Assembly: GCA_051294375.1 (NCBI GenBank)
Contig: CM119263.1
Location: 1,290,655 to 1,354,509 of the forward strand
From: Paraspadella gotoi
Lineage: Eukaryota; Animalia; Chaetognatha
Length of the DNA: 63,855 nucleotides
Direction of reading: 5' to 3'
Below, piece by piece: positions 14,812-27,740 of the stretch; positions within the stretch are counted from its first letter, which is position 1; each line of letters starts with the position of its first letter. Under the pieces are notes generated by a model. The model saw only the letters and a program-made list of their open reading frames with translations, did no database searches and was not told the DNA's origin. A program made the translations under genes and the position numbers.

Positions 14812-17090
14812 GAGAGAGGAGAGAGAGAGAGGAGAAGGAGCGAGAAGAGAGAGGCGAGAGAGAGAGAGAAGGCACTGATTAAAGCGAAAGTTCCACTATT
14901 ACCAAATTCACAGGCCCATCAGATTACGCAGACATGAATCACACTTCTTCGACACATGACTCACACCCTCACAGAAAACTGTGTCGAGCGATGAAACTAA
15001 TTATTATTTATGTATAAATAGAAACAAAAATCAGCGACTAATCGAACTAAACTGTATATATATATATATTTTTTGGTTTAAATTCAGCTCAATTTTCATT
15101 TACAGGATGTTGTTGTAAGTATTGATCTGACTATTTCATTTATCTATTTATTCAATTGGCCAACGCTTCATCTCTGAACCAATGTCCCGGTTCTAGCCCA
15201 GGTCGCAAGGGTCCAACGAATGAGTGACAGTCCGGATAAAACAACGGTTAGTATCAAGCTCCAGCCGGATTTAATAATTTCCGGGAAGGCAACAGTGTAC
15301 CCTATAGTGTGTCGACTCCTCGACGTCACTTCTTCCGTAATCCATTGTCAAGTTCTCAACGTCACTTGTCCTTATGTTTCCATATACCATCTCGTCTTAC
15401 CATTTGGCATATAGTCTTTATCAATTGACTCCTTGTCATTAGTTCTTTGGCTGTCAGTCATCACGCGTTCCTTTATCATCGTAAGTTTTTCGTCGTTAAT
15501 CTCTTCTTAATTATTTGCTTGCTTTGATCCCGAACGGGCAATGACTGCTCTTCTTCCTCTCCCTCTCTTCTTCGTTCCTCCTCCTCGCTCCTCCTCGTCG
15601 CATCTTGGAAAAAACTAATTAATTGAATATATTCACGATGAAACTTTCAAGCAGAAAAAAAATGATTCGAGCTTTTGGATTTGTTGTTTCGCAGACAAGA
15701 GAGAAAAAAAAAATAACGAGATGCCGCTCTTCAAACAAGAGGACAACATTTCCAAGAGAGCGCGAATAAAAAACGCTGCGCCTCTCTTTTGTCTGAATAA
15801 GGGAAGAAAAAAGGAGAGGATAAACATTTTGCGAAAACAAAAGGCTTAATTCGTTTTTCCGCCTTCCGGGAACGTTTTTGATGTTTTCATTCTTGTTGTA
15901 AAGAAGAAGACTTGGAAAAAAGATTTGTGAAAATATTTTATATCGCTGACGGAATTTCGGCGTTTTTTTTACTTTGAAATTGAATTTAAATTTATCAAAT
16001 AAGAAGATTTAAAGTTTTCAGTAGCATCAGTAGCTTGGTTTAATAATTTTTTTTACTAACTTTTCTCTCTAACTAAAAAGATGCGACAGAGTTTTATAAA
16101 AATAAAAGCTTTCTCTTCTAAACAACTACATACGTCATAAAATCAATAAATAGCTTTTAAAACCTGTTGCTCGACATAAAGAAAAAAACTACACTAAATA
16201 CTTCTCAGACGCTCCAAATAAAAAAGAAAAAAAGAGCAAGCACAAACCTTTAGGAAAAAAAGCGAATAAAAAGCAAAGATTCTCCGCCAAAAAGAGCCGA
16301 AGCCATCGAAGGCCTCTAACGGTCGCCTTCCGATTCTTCATTACTGCGAAAGAAAGACTTAAAACGTCGAAAGAATGGAACCAAGTTTCTGTTTGGAGAC
16401 GAAGCTTTCACTACGAGTGGGATTGGTGAGACGAGGAAGAGGAGTGAGAGAGTGAGACGGGGGAGAGAGAGTGTGAAGTGGCGAATGGAGATTAAACGGC
16501 TTTTATCCTTTCAAAGTCACTCGTGTATGACTCACAGCATTTTTGCAGTGAACTAATCTTATAAAATAGAAGTTGGGTCAAGTGATTTACTCGTTCACTT
16601 TAACCTCATCCAATATCGTTATCGTGAGGACTTACCGTGACTTCACTTACCATCAACCTTCAACAACGTCCGGGGTGCTCAGCCGGAAGTTTGTGATGAT
16701 GGTTGGTGTTCAGTGAACAATTGTTCACAAAAGTTACGGTGTTTATAACCTATTCGTTCTCTTTTATATTTTCATTCTGTGCTAAACAAAAAAAAGGTTT
16801 TTTTGAAACGGAGATATTTTCGTGATCGACGTTTTCCTTTCGACACGTTGACAATTTACAAACTCAAAATCTTTTTCTTAAAAGATCTCAATTTTTTTTT
16901 AATATTGGACAAAAAACTGAAGTTTGAGTGTTATGCCCTTAGATTAAGAGTAAAAATGTAATATTATAGATTTTCATTTAGAGATTTTAAGATACAGATT
17001 TAAGACTTCCAAAAATGAATAAAAATTAAATAACAATATACATATAATTGAATTATATAGATTAATAGTAATACTTTGAACAATAATAAT

Positions 17091-17385
17091 CATCGAAAGG
17101 GAACGGAATGCGAAAAACCAAATCGATCGGGCGACGCGAGTGATTTCAAACCAAGACTCGATGATTGGATGAATCACCAATCGGATCGGACCATATGAGA
17201 AGAAGGGCTTCAATGCCAATCGGAAAAGGAGCCCACGTCGTTGATCCGGTTGCCCTGTATAAATGGAAACGTTTTTGTAAATTGTTTTTCATTTTGTCTC
17301 ACCGTTCTTCGCTTGTAAATATTTCTTAGAATAAAATCCACCTTTTGGTTTCATGTTGAAAATCTCTGTCTACTTTACTTAAATG
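17091..17385 (+). repeat. 5' LTR (CA...TG)
   Basis: Direct repeat of 27449-27740; contains TATAAA (~17258) and AATAAA (~17330). Confidence 0.92.
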
Positions 17386-17408
17386 TGGTGACAGGAGTGG
17401 AATCGAAC
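17386..17408 (+). promoter_or_regulatory. Primer binding site complementary to the tRNA-Leu 3' end
   Basis: TGGTGACAGGAGTGGAATCGAAC immediately after the LTR, versus the tRNA-Leu(CAG)-CCA complement TGGTGTCAGGAGTGGGATTCGAAC. Confidence 0.85.
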
Positions 17409-17459
17409 AAACACGCATCCAAGAGATCAAGCCTTAACCAACCAAAGACCACGCCAAAT

Positions 17460-20450
17460 ACCAAGAAGATGGGACTTCGCCGTTAGAAGAAAACATCAAC
17501 GGCTCGGCACACAACCTAACGGGCGGGCGCCCGGCAGTTCTACGAAAGCGGAAGCGAAGGCGTAGCATCGACTTGGACTTCCATTTACGTTCGAAGTTTC
17601 AGGCCCATTGCGAGTCAATGCCTAAAGGAGACCAAACAGGCGGAATGCGTTCAGCCAAATTCTGAGCTGGTTAACGACAAACAAACTTAAAACAGGCAAC
17701 AGAACTACCAACAAGACAATCAACGGATTGACGAAAAGCGAATTCAAAATAAATGAAAGACTGAATCAAACGAAACACAACTCGGAATCCAAGCTGGGCG
17801 AACTTCATCAAATGATGAAAGAAAATGATTGAAAGAAACACGCGACAATGGCGCCAGGAGAACCGGGATCACCGGGAAAAACAAACATGGCCATGAACAT
17901 CATACACACGACTAACAAAGCATCGGCTTCACTCGAACCCCCGCCCCCGCCCTCATCTAAACCCGAACGCATAGCGCCATCCTCGCCGATCAAACAACCC
18001 AACATCCCTACCTAACGGCAAACCGCCCGGAAAGGATCAGCGCCCCCAGCAAGGAGGACCCCTTACGAAAGCCGGGCCCCGAAAAAAAGTGATCCGCCTT
18101 CTTATACTTCGACATGACCAAAACCAATCAAATTGGAAAAAAGAAGGAACGACGAAAAAATCCCCGGAGGACTTTTTGCGGCAGCTTCTACGAGCATTTA
18201 AGATTCTCACAGCAAAAACAAGATCGATCAGCCAAATTGCGGTGCCCTCCTCGCTCCGTGACAAAGTCGCGAGTAGATTCATCGAACCCATCAATACATC
18301 GATGTGGTTGGGACTCTGGCTTTGTGGCGAAGGATATCCGTCAGCAATTTGCGGAAGCCCTCGCCGAGCTAAGGGTCGAAGTAGAACCCCGCAGGGTACA
18401 TGCCAAATACGGTCCTCGCGCTGTCACGCGGCGAAGGAAAACTTCGAAACGGTCCGGGAAAGGACAGAGCCTCCATCACCGGATTACCGTCGCGCAGAAT
18501 GCTCGTCGAAGCCCTCGAGCCCATACGTCCCAGGCATTACGTCCGAGACTCTCGAATGGACGACCCTGCTAACGAGAAAGGCGGAAACACGAAGCTTGGA
18601 AAAGCAAATCGAAATACAAGCTTCGCGGATACTTAAAAGAAAACCAGCGACGTGCCTCCTTTCGAAAAATAGTAAAAACCGTCCTCCGACGAGGATAAAG
18701 AAAGCTTGGTAAACGGCCGCTAGTCCAGAAGGGTAAAGCGACAAAGACCCGAATAACAGCGCTACAGCTTACTACCAAGGATCGGTAACTACAGAGATAA
18801 ACAATATGAGTTGGAAATGATGAAGGAGATGAAGGGAATTCAGGCAAATCAGGAGCGAAGTGGAACAAACGCGAACGCCGCTTACGACGCATCGTGACGC
18901 GACACACCGCGACAGACGCAGCCCGGACAGATCTTATGAAAAAAAGACCTACAACAACAACTACAAGGCCCGGCGATTGAAAAACGATAGGAAATGCCAA
19001 CTGGCGCGATGAAAAAAAGGGCAAAAAAGGCACCAAGTTTTGGAAAACGCCGTGACATTGTAGATCTTACGGATAATTTGGACATTGAATTTGTGTTGAT
19101 GATAAATGATGAAACATAAAACAAATTATTAATTACAAACACGTGTTTGTCCCTAAACTGTACAAATCCGAAAAGTGAGCTGCTAAAAACAAAGCTAAGA
19201 GAATGATTACACAAATCACTCGTAACAAGGTCATGGAGATAATACAAATGGAATGCGACATTCAGTCCAAACAAAAGGTTAGGACTCTAGCCGAAACAGC
19301 AAACCAGTTCCGAAGGCAATCGAACAGCATCGCGTATGCAGCAAGCTTTCTCAAACCTCTCACGCCAAAGAAATCGCTTTAAGCCACAAATTTCTTACAT
19401 AAAATTAGGATGGCAAGGCTGGGCACAAAAGCCGATTACTGGTGAGAAGAAGCCAGGATAACCAGGTCTAAGGCTTGCGCTAAAATAAGCACGACGAGCT
19501 AATAGAAAAGACAGCAACCAAAAAGGTAAACGACCTTTAACAAACATGAGGTCCTGCTGCTGACCCACCCTTCGCCGATTTTACCGCTCTCTACCCACGG
19601 AACGACCAGAAAAACATAAGAACAGCCCAATCCCAGCAGGCGGAATGAAGAGACCAAAGCCTCAGGAAGTTACGGCCGCAATAGGAGACAAAAAACAAAC
19701 CCTACCTACTGCATCATAGGCAGGCGAACAGCGGGTGAATCGCTCATCAGGCCACCATAAGAACGAAAGCTTGAGTCCAGAATGCCATCAACCAGAAAAC
19801 TTCTTTCAAATCCAACTGAGCCCATGTCAACTAAGGATGAGAAAAGATATGCCCCAGTCTTCCGAAAGGGACTTGTAAACATCATCCAAGGAGAACAAGG
19901 CCCAGAGCACAGAGTTGACAACCGAGAAGATATGTGCATTCCAGGCAAAAACAGCTATAATACCAGCAGTCATTGCTGGTGTACCTGCTAGCTGCTTATA
20001 ATGACACGGAGCAATAGTAAATACTATACCGAAGAAAACTCCATAGAGAAATGGTCACCTAATAATAAAAATATATCATGGTTCTCCACTTCAGCCTGTC
20101 AACTGCGACAGGCCACAATCACTCTAACCGAAAAGAAATCGACCTCAGAGTCATGTTTCCAAAATTGGGTACTAAAAACAGTTTTTTTAATTTATCCGCT
20201 GAATGAAAATGATAAAAGACATCATTATCGGTAAACGGCAAATAACAAACGCCAGGCCCCGCCGGAACAACTATGGGTCGGTAACATGCGACCATCTAAA
20301 CCAGCAAAGGAAAAATCTACAAATTGCATCAATGCGCATCGAAAGCCATTACTCATCCTGTTCAGGGAAAAAAATATGAAGCTTAAAAGCCGCACAGGAT
20401 GGCTCGCTAGGATAAAAACCCTAGACGACGGAAACGAACCTTGCCCGTTG
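17460..20450 (+). CDS. gag: gag-like region (frames disrupted by indels; limits approximate)
   Basis: Lies between PBS and pol; A-rich coding bias, coiled-coil-like then Pro-rich segments, capsid-like KSPEDFLRQLLRAFKIL, scattered Cys/His near 19700-20450. Confidence 0.55.
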
Positions 20451-23400
20451 TACGCCGAGCGGCCCGAACTCTCAAGGATGCTGGTCAGACTTATGAAACA
20501 AGCAGACCATACTGGAAAACAATCACCGGGAAACCAAAAGTGGATACTGTGAATCCGATAACGGCAGATGCTTACAAGGTCGTAAACGGTGATCAGCTCC
20601 GCGAGGGATATGAAAAGACGCAGATCCGGGAACATAGGGGAATTTGCGCAGGCCACTCATTACAAATGAAGCAAAAAAATGAATGGGCCTTCGACACGGA
20701 AGAAACCGCTGAACCCGTCCCCAAGCTGACCTTATCCGGCGACAAACCTTCTCTTTGCGAAAGGTGTTTAGAAAAAGAATCATAATTCGGCGAACAATCA
20801 TTCACCACAAACCTACTGAAGAAGAGATACGAGCAGTAGAAAACGCACTGACAAAAGAGACGACAAAACACGACATACGCGGCAAGGAAGAATTCCCTCA
20901 AGCCTTTTAAAGATGTCAAGATCCAGCCTACGCGAAAAAGCTCACCTTGTTGGGAAATAGTCCTGGATACAGAGACCGTTTTTGGAGAAAACCATAAACG
21001 ATTGTAAAGAGGGTTTTCTGAATTAACAGAGTTGACCTCGGATTCTCAGACGGAAAATTTAACCAATACGCAAAGTTTGCCACTCAGGGACCGGTTAAAG
21101 AAGGCCCGCTTAAAGATACCTGGAGTTTATGAGAAGGCAGGCATTTGTCCTCTAGAACCTAGAAATGAAGCGTTTACTCCAATGCTTTCCTGCCATCAAA
21201 AAACCAGGCCACATAGCCGAAAATCAAGGAAATGAAATGAACGATGAAACTTTTGCTAAGCATGGAGACTTATTTGCGACTTATCAGCCGTCAAACAATA
21301 ATATATCGACTTACGCCACTGGACCACAAACGATTACATCCATCCTGGAAGCAATATAAACCCCACGAACTCCAGTGTACAGTGGACATACTCGCGTGCT
21401 TTCAACCAAGTGAACCTGGCCGCCGCTGCAAGCCGTCACCACCTTTGCAGGCGACGGCCAAATGGTGGACTGAACAAAGGCTAGCCGCAATGGGGGCGGA
21501 GTCAAATAGCGTAAATGTACTACAAGCTAATGCTCGACGAAATCTTTCAAGACCTGGGGACGGACGTCAAAAAGCTTTCCTGGTTTAGGTGGATGATCTG
21601 ATTCTAACCGCCAAGTCCCGGAAGACATTGGCGCAAAGACTCCGCGACCTACTTCAAAAAGATGCAGCAGACGAAAGAACGTCGTCCTGAAGATGGACCA
21701 AAAGGCGTTCTCCTCCGAAAAGAAGATTATAAAAATCTTTAGGATTCAGCACGTCAAAGAGCAAACTGATGCCACAAAAAGGCAAAAAACTCGAGGCAGT
21801 AGAAAGTAAAGCTAAAAACGATAAAAAACCCAAAAAAAGAGTTTGAGAGCGATGCTCGCCTTAAATGTCACTCAATTATTAGCAGGTGTTTTAAACGCAT
21901 CGCTTTTCCTCTACATAAGCCCAACCACATCCATGCCCTCATCACTCCTAGAAAGAAGAGATCTTCAAAACTCTCAGAAAAACACATCGAAATGCTTCAA
22001 GACGCTTATCAACGAGATAAAAATCTTTCTCTCAGGATTAAATTTTTTAAACGACGCCAGAATCAAACACGGTTTCCTACAGGATCTACGCTGACGCCAG
22101 CACCAAGAGCCATGGGCGGCCCCTCATCACCGCCACGCCGATGGCGTCGTAATACCCATTATCCTTTCATTCAAAAGTCATTTCCGGAAGAATATCGAAA
22201 TTAAGCTATAAATGTTCTCGAACTTTGGCTTCAACATGATGTGAGAAAAGTTCAAGGGTTATATCGTGCGGAAGAAGAGTTACACTCGTCACAGACTCCC
22301 AGTAATTTCAGAGAATCATGGAATCTGCAGCACGACAGGCAACAACTCCTCCTCAACCAACGTCCTCCCGTTGGATCACAGAAATCCGAAACAAGAATGT
22401 CCACCGAAAAGAATGATTCTTGTTAAAAGCGAGGACAACCCAGCGGATTTTCTAACAACGTTTACTGAACAAGGGCAAGTGACGCCCACTCGACACGCCC
22501 CTTCTTTCCCCGCTGGTTTCGACATTCGACGGAGAATACGAATGCAGGTTTTGCTGAAAAATCCGGTCGAAGAACAAAAACAAACCCAGACATCTCGATT
22601 TAGTCCCGGGCATCGCAAACCAACGGCTGACCCTCATGGCGCAAGTCCTCCAAGAGGAATACGAAAGCCTTCAGGTCAAAATTCTTCGAATTCGTTTCCC
22701 AAAGATATCGAGAAAAAAAGAAATCGAATATTGAATTGGTTATGGGAACCCAAAGACCAAGGATGCAGACACTCTTCGTCAGAACATTCGCAGCGCAAAG
22801 ATTGGAGCCTTGGTCACCCCGATTGTTAAGAAACTCACTCAGCGAGATACGGGCCATCCACAATTATTCTAATGGAAGAAGAAGTCGACCAAGCAAGCTG
22901 GATGTAAATACGAAAAAGATCCTACGGAAACAATGGAAGGAGGCAGATGCGTCAGAATCTTCAGAACCATCACAAGGCCAAGTCAGGCCTGGTCAGTGGA
23001 AGGAACACCACAACGCCCTGCCAATGCGACCATCGAAGATCCCATCTCCAAACTATCAACGTCGTGGGACGAAACCTCCGCCTCACAGAACGAAACGAGG
23101 AAGACCAAAACGGTCAATCACCACCACACACTGCTCCGAGCAACTCCCACATGACCCTCGTCACCCGATCAAACTAAGGGAACAAAAGACGAGAACAAAA
23201 CATTAACAAAACACCAGGAATAACTCTCCCAAAGTACGCCACAATGTTACATAATAGATACTACTTGGCCAGGAGCAAATGGTGAAGCATGATTGATAGC
23301 AACCTTGGAGGCAATATCGACGCCAACCGATGAAAACCGAATTGGCCGAAGAAGCAAGACAGCCCCACACTAAGCAAGAACCTTACTGCCAATGGCATCA

Positions 23401-24760
23401 ACGCGTCAAAGCTTGGCAGAGAAAAGATGATAATGTTTAAATTCGTACATAGATACCTGCAGAAGCACGATCGCCAGACTGCGGAGGAATGCTTAAACAA
23501 AAAGATGGAAAAAAAGAAAAAACATTACCAGAAAGATACCTCACAAACTGCCTGCGCTGATTTAACCGTCATAAAAACGGCATCCTCACGATAGAGGGCT
23601 ACAAAAACAACACCAAGCAGTAAATTTGTGTACCGCCAAACAAAAGCCGAAAGAAATGGTGACAAAATTACATAATCACTTCCGGACATCCAGGCAGAGA
23701 CCGCCACGGCTTTTAATCAACTCACTGCAAACAATATATCTCACCGCCCCGGGAATGTGGTAAGTGCGGCTGCAAATTGCGTCAGAAATTGTGAAAACTG
23801 GCTGCAAAATCTACCAAGATACAAAAACATAATGAACTCCTCAGCGCCCAAACCTAGCCTTCACACGCCTGGAGTCCCTTAGCATGCGACGTGATGCACC
23901 CTCCCTCTCAGTAGCCGGCTACAACTACGTCTTCGTCGCCTCAGATAACGCATCAGGCTTATACATGGGCTATTCCACTGCGCCGAGCAGACGCCGAAAA
24001 GCGTAGTTTAAAGCCCTGGGACGAAAATATTTTCCTCCACCATGGAATCAATACATGGAGGTAAACTTCGACGGTGCCAACGCAAGCTCATATTGGGAAA
24101 AGCCAAATGAAAAATCGATACCTTTCGACCTCCTTGACAAAGTTGGGAGACGCGCATCTTAGTCGGCAGAAAGACACATACAGGGCCGAGAGAGAAATCG
24201 GTCGAACTATCCGTCAAGCGCTCAGAAAAAGCAGTAGAAGTCACACCTAAGAAAATGGGCTTGACCAACTTCCCCAACTCATGCTGCTCCCTGAACGCCA
24301 CTCATATATATGTGTTCTGGAAAACCGAAATGTCCCCACAGCGAGATTCAATTCGGCATTCAGAACCAAGAATTGTAGAAGACCCGGCAGAGTGAACTAA
24401 CACAAGAGAGAAACCTGGATCGATCTTTATCAGAAAGAGAGCAGAGAAAAACAGGAACAAGCCAGATCAAGGGATCGCAGACCAAAGGACAAACTATACA
24501 AACAGTCCAGCCAGAATAAATAAATCCCTACAGAAAAGCTTAAAAGAATTGAAGTTGGGGCGACCCTGGTCCTGGCAGACGCGACTTATATACGCGGAAC
24601 TGCAACAGCCGAAAATAAGTGTGAAAGCGGATTATCTGGCCGCAACAAAGCATCGAAGAGAGGGTAACCAACTACGTTATGCTCAGTCAATGTGGCCAAA
24701 ACCACTCAAAATACCATAGTAGAAGAAGAACTAAAACTCATATAACCGGAAACTGAGAGA
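20450..24760 (+). CDS. pol: pol polyprotein (possible protease, RT, RNase H, integrase), frames disrupted by indels
   Basis: RT: CTVDILACF, RLAAMG..NS, FLV*VDDLIL (TAG in place of Y at 21586). RNase H: IYADAST.AMGG (22084), NVLEL, LVTDS, VKSEDNPADFLT. IN: LHNHSGHPG (~23680), VRNCEN, GYNYVFVASDNASG, KSVELSVKR. Protease motif (VDT, ~20540) is weak. Confidence 0.92.
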
Positions 24761-25120
24761 ACAACCTCAGACACAAGACGGGTAGCCAAAACAAAAGACT
24801 TAGAAATACAAAAACAAACAAAAAAAAAAAAAACCAGAACCAAAGTGGAGCAAGAAAAGGGAAAAAGCCAGAGAAGAAACGAGCCCAACCGCGAGACCCA
24901 GCTGAAAAATTAACGACGACGCGCAAAAAAAAAAAGATTCACAGCCGAAATGCCGTTTCCTCTTCCTCCTCCTCATCGCCCTCCTCCTCCTCCGTTCAGC
25001 GAAGACAAGAATCGAATAAAAGGGCCGCGGAGAAGGTAAAAGAAATTCACAAGGAAAAGCAAGCTACACAGCCCTCACTCGCAGAGCTCTCATCTCACAA
25101 AAAAAAATATATACAAAAAA

Positions 25121-25415
25121 ACAACCAAAAAGTCTTTTTCAAGACAATTCTAGAAAGATTTCAAATAAAAAACCAAAAAAGTTCTTTTTCAAGACTACTC
25201 CTAGAAAGAATCAAATAAAAACCAAAAAAAGTCTTTTTCAAGACTACTCTAGAAAAGGATCAAATAAAACCAAAAAAGTCTTTTTGCAAGACTACCTCTA
25301 GAAAGATCAAACAAGAAAAACCAAAAAAGTCTTTTTCAAGACTGCTTCCTAAAAAGATCGAAAAATATAAAATAGAAACCAAAACAGTTTTTTTAAGACT
25401 ACGTCTAAAAAGATA
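25121..25415 (+). repeat. Six tandem ~47-bp repeats between pol and env
   Basis: Unit approximately ACCAAAAAAGTCTTTTTCAAGACTACTCTAGAAAGATCAAATAAA; the last unit ends a few bases before the env ATG. Confidence 0.9.
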
Positions 25416-25422
25416 CAGAAAG

Positions 25423-27430
25423 ATGAAGTTGAACCTCATGATTCTGATGTCATGACCTCCCACGAGCTTAGCCTCCATGAGCTCAACAGCCGCGCAAGGT
25501 CGTGCACGTCTTCAATTGCAACAAGACGTCAGATCAACTATCCACCACTCTCTTGACCCGCACCATTGCGACTCACCAAAGTCGGTAAATCCAAAAAATA
25601 GTGCGCGGGAAGAAACTGGTTTTTAATCCCGGAACAAGGAAGAACACGATGCAAAGGGTTGTGATGCTGACCATCTTGGCGGAAAGCAGCATCTGTGGAT
25701 GGTGGTCATCCCCATATCCATCTCAAAACGCTGGATCACTACTGCCGCTCACGCAGATCCCAATGTTTTTATCACTCCAACAAAGGTGAGAGGGGTGGCC
25801 GCTCAAGCAACATCCCAAGTCAGGACCTCAGATAAAACGGGACTGATGGAGCCACTCTCACTGTCAGGCGGAAACTGGTCACTACCAGTTAAATCGACAT
25901 CGGAACAAACGGAATGCTGGACGGCTATTGCCCGAGAAAAGCTCATTTTCCATGATTACAACCTATGACGGCGAGAGCAACGCTAACGGGTAACGTCACG
26001 CGCTGTAACGAAACAAAAGGTGTGAAAATGGCGGACCTTAGCAACCTGCCCAGACAAACAGAGTGCAACAGAGCCGCTCAAAAATTGCACCTACCCGGGA
26101 GGCGGGTCCTAGTTTGGGCAAAGAATCATCATGCCGGAGCTCACCAGGCCTACACAGTGACCAGGTCATGAGAAAGTTTCAAGATGGAATCATAAGATCC
26201 ATCACCCAAAAAAGACAGAAGCAGCTTTAAGCAGCTGCAAAACTCAGGGACGGAAAAACGCCCTGCAAAAGATAGCCCCAGCAGTAAAAAGGAGTCTCAA
26301 CCACATCTGGAAAAGCTTTGTATTCAGCAACTTCGTCGCCCGGAAACATCAATAAATTACGAACGATGCGCCCACAATCTGCGAAGCCGAGCAAATGGTG
26401 CTGTTCACTTTGGGCGACTCACAAACAAGAAAATAAAAGATCCAGATATGCGAAGAATTGAGGTTGAAGCACGAACTCGCGCATTTCTTCTTCCACGGAG
26501 GAAAATAGACAAAGGCCTGGACAAAAGACGAAAAGGCTCATCCTCGCCTCGGAGAAGGGGATCAGGAACTGGCAGCAGAAGAAACGAGCCCAGCTTAGAA
26601 TCCTAACCAAAGCCCTCCGAAGAGAATCTGCCGATCTCCAAAAATCGCAGAAGCCAGGAAAGCACAATAATCGCCCACAACAAACTCCTAACATCGACAG
26701 CCTTCAATAAAAAGAAGTGATTAAGTCGCCGTAATCAGGGGCGAGCTGCTACTAGAAACTGCCCAATGTGAACGAACCTTGGGCACTTGTTTGAGAAAAA
26801 CTAGTGAGTGGTTACCACGACCTACCAATCATCTTTTCTGGTGAAATAACGTCTTTCCACATCTCACGCATCTACGCAATCACGTCGTCGCATCATCAAC
26901 AAAGACAAGCTGCTCGCCTTCCCAATCTAAAGTTAGCATGAAAGAAAAGTACAAAACAACAAAGGTGAACACAAATCGAATATAAATAGAATAACAGGCA
27001 AATCTCCGCAGAAGAACACGAAACCTCAACGCTCCACCGAAGAATGAACTTTAATATGCAAATAGGAAGAATTCCCTCAAACATCATGAGCAATACGCAG
27101 AGAACAACAAAGCTTCAGGGAACACATGCGGCGAGATCGTAAAGAGGAACTCCCCACGCAACGATGAGAAAGATCTTTGGAGAGTTACCAAAAATGGATT
27201 GGCTAAATCGACGTGGCGAACATTATACCTTTCATCGTCCGCCGCCGCCAGCCTTATTAACATAATACTGCTGAATATGCTGCTGCTGCTGCCCGCTCGG
27301 AAATCTTAGAGCAGACCAAGTCCAGCAAATGCACCAGACAAATTACCTGGTGAACAGGCCCAGAAGCAAGATCTTTTGTAGCCTATCCCTCCGCCACTGC
27401 CGGCTACCGACTGACACACGTCCGCCGTCG
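25423..27430 (+). CDS. env: env-like type I membrane glycoprotein, ~650 aa, class III (gB/chuvirus G-like) signature; frames disrupted
   Basis: Signal-like MKLNLMILMS, VHVFNCNKTS..LS...LDPHHC, LTILAESSICGWWSS, ECWTAIAR, several NxS/T sites; C-terminal hydrophobic IIPFIV/AAASLINIILL followed by five TGC (CCCCCP, 27278-27295). Confidence 0.75.
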
Positions 27431-27433
27431 TCT

Positions 27434-27446
27434 GAGGAGGGGGGGA
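27434..27446 (+). promoter_or_regulatory. Polypurine tract
   Basis: GAGGAGGGGGGGA ends 2 nt before the 3' LTR. Confidence 0.88.
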
Positions 27447-27448
27447 CG

Positions 27449-27740
27449 CATCGAAGGAACGGATCGAAACATCGGATGCGGCGACGCGAGTGATATTCAA
27501 ACCAAGGACTTCGATTGATTGGTGAAATACCATCGGAATCGGACCAAATGAGAAGAAGGCTTCAATGCCATCGGGAAAGGAGTCCCACGTCGTTGATCCG
27601 GTATGCCCTGTTAAAAGGAAACGTTTTTTTGTATTGTTTTCAATTCTGTCTCACATTCCGTTTTCGCTTGTAAATATTTTCTTAGAATAAATCGCAGCTT
27701 TGGTTTCATGTTGAAAATCTCTGTCTACTTACTTAAAGTG
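27449..27740 (+). repeat. 3' LTR (CA...TG), followed by ATAT target duplication
   Basis: Repeat of 17091-17385; host sequence ATATTATAAATATAAAATGG resumes at 27741. Confidence 0.92.

Larger units (their letters stand above)
17091..27740 (+). mobile_element. Full-length env-bearing Ty3/Gypsy LTR retrotransposon (endogenous-retrovirus-like), 10,650 bp
   Basis: Two ~295-bp LTRs, PBS, PPT, RT-RH-IN order, env-like third gene; absent from copy 1 (empty site ATAT at 7314-7317). Confidence 0.95.

Noticed and set aside
17386-17415. tRNA gene on the minus strand
   Set aside because: Only the 3' ~24-30 nt including CCA are present; it is a PBS.
21583-21600. Stop-codon readthrough or recoding at the RT catalytic Y (TAG-VDD)
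   Set aside because: A single substitution in error-rich sequence is the simpler explanation.
25121-25415. CRISPR-like array
   Set aside because: Units are contiguous tandem repeats without unique spacers; eukaryotic retroelement context and no cas genes.
17460-27430. Calling the retroelement a decayed pseudogene
   Set aside because: The indel density matches the flanking copy-2 sequence, so the disruptions are better explained as read errors; true intactness is unknown.
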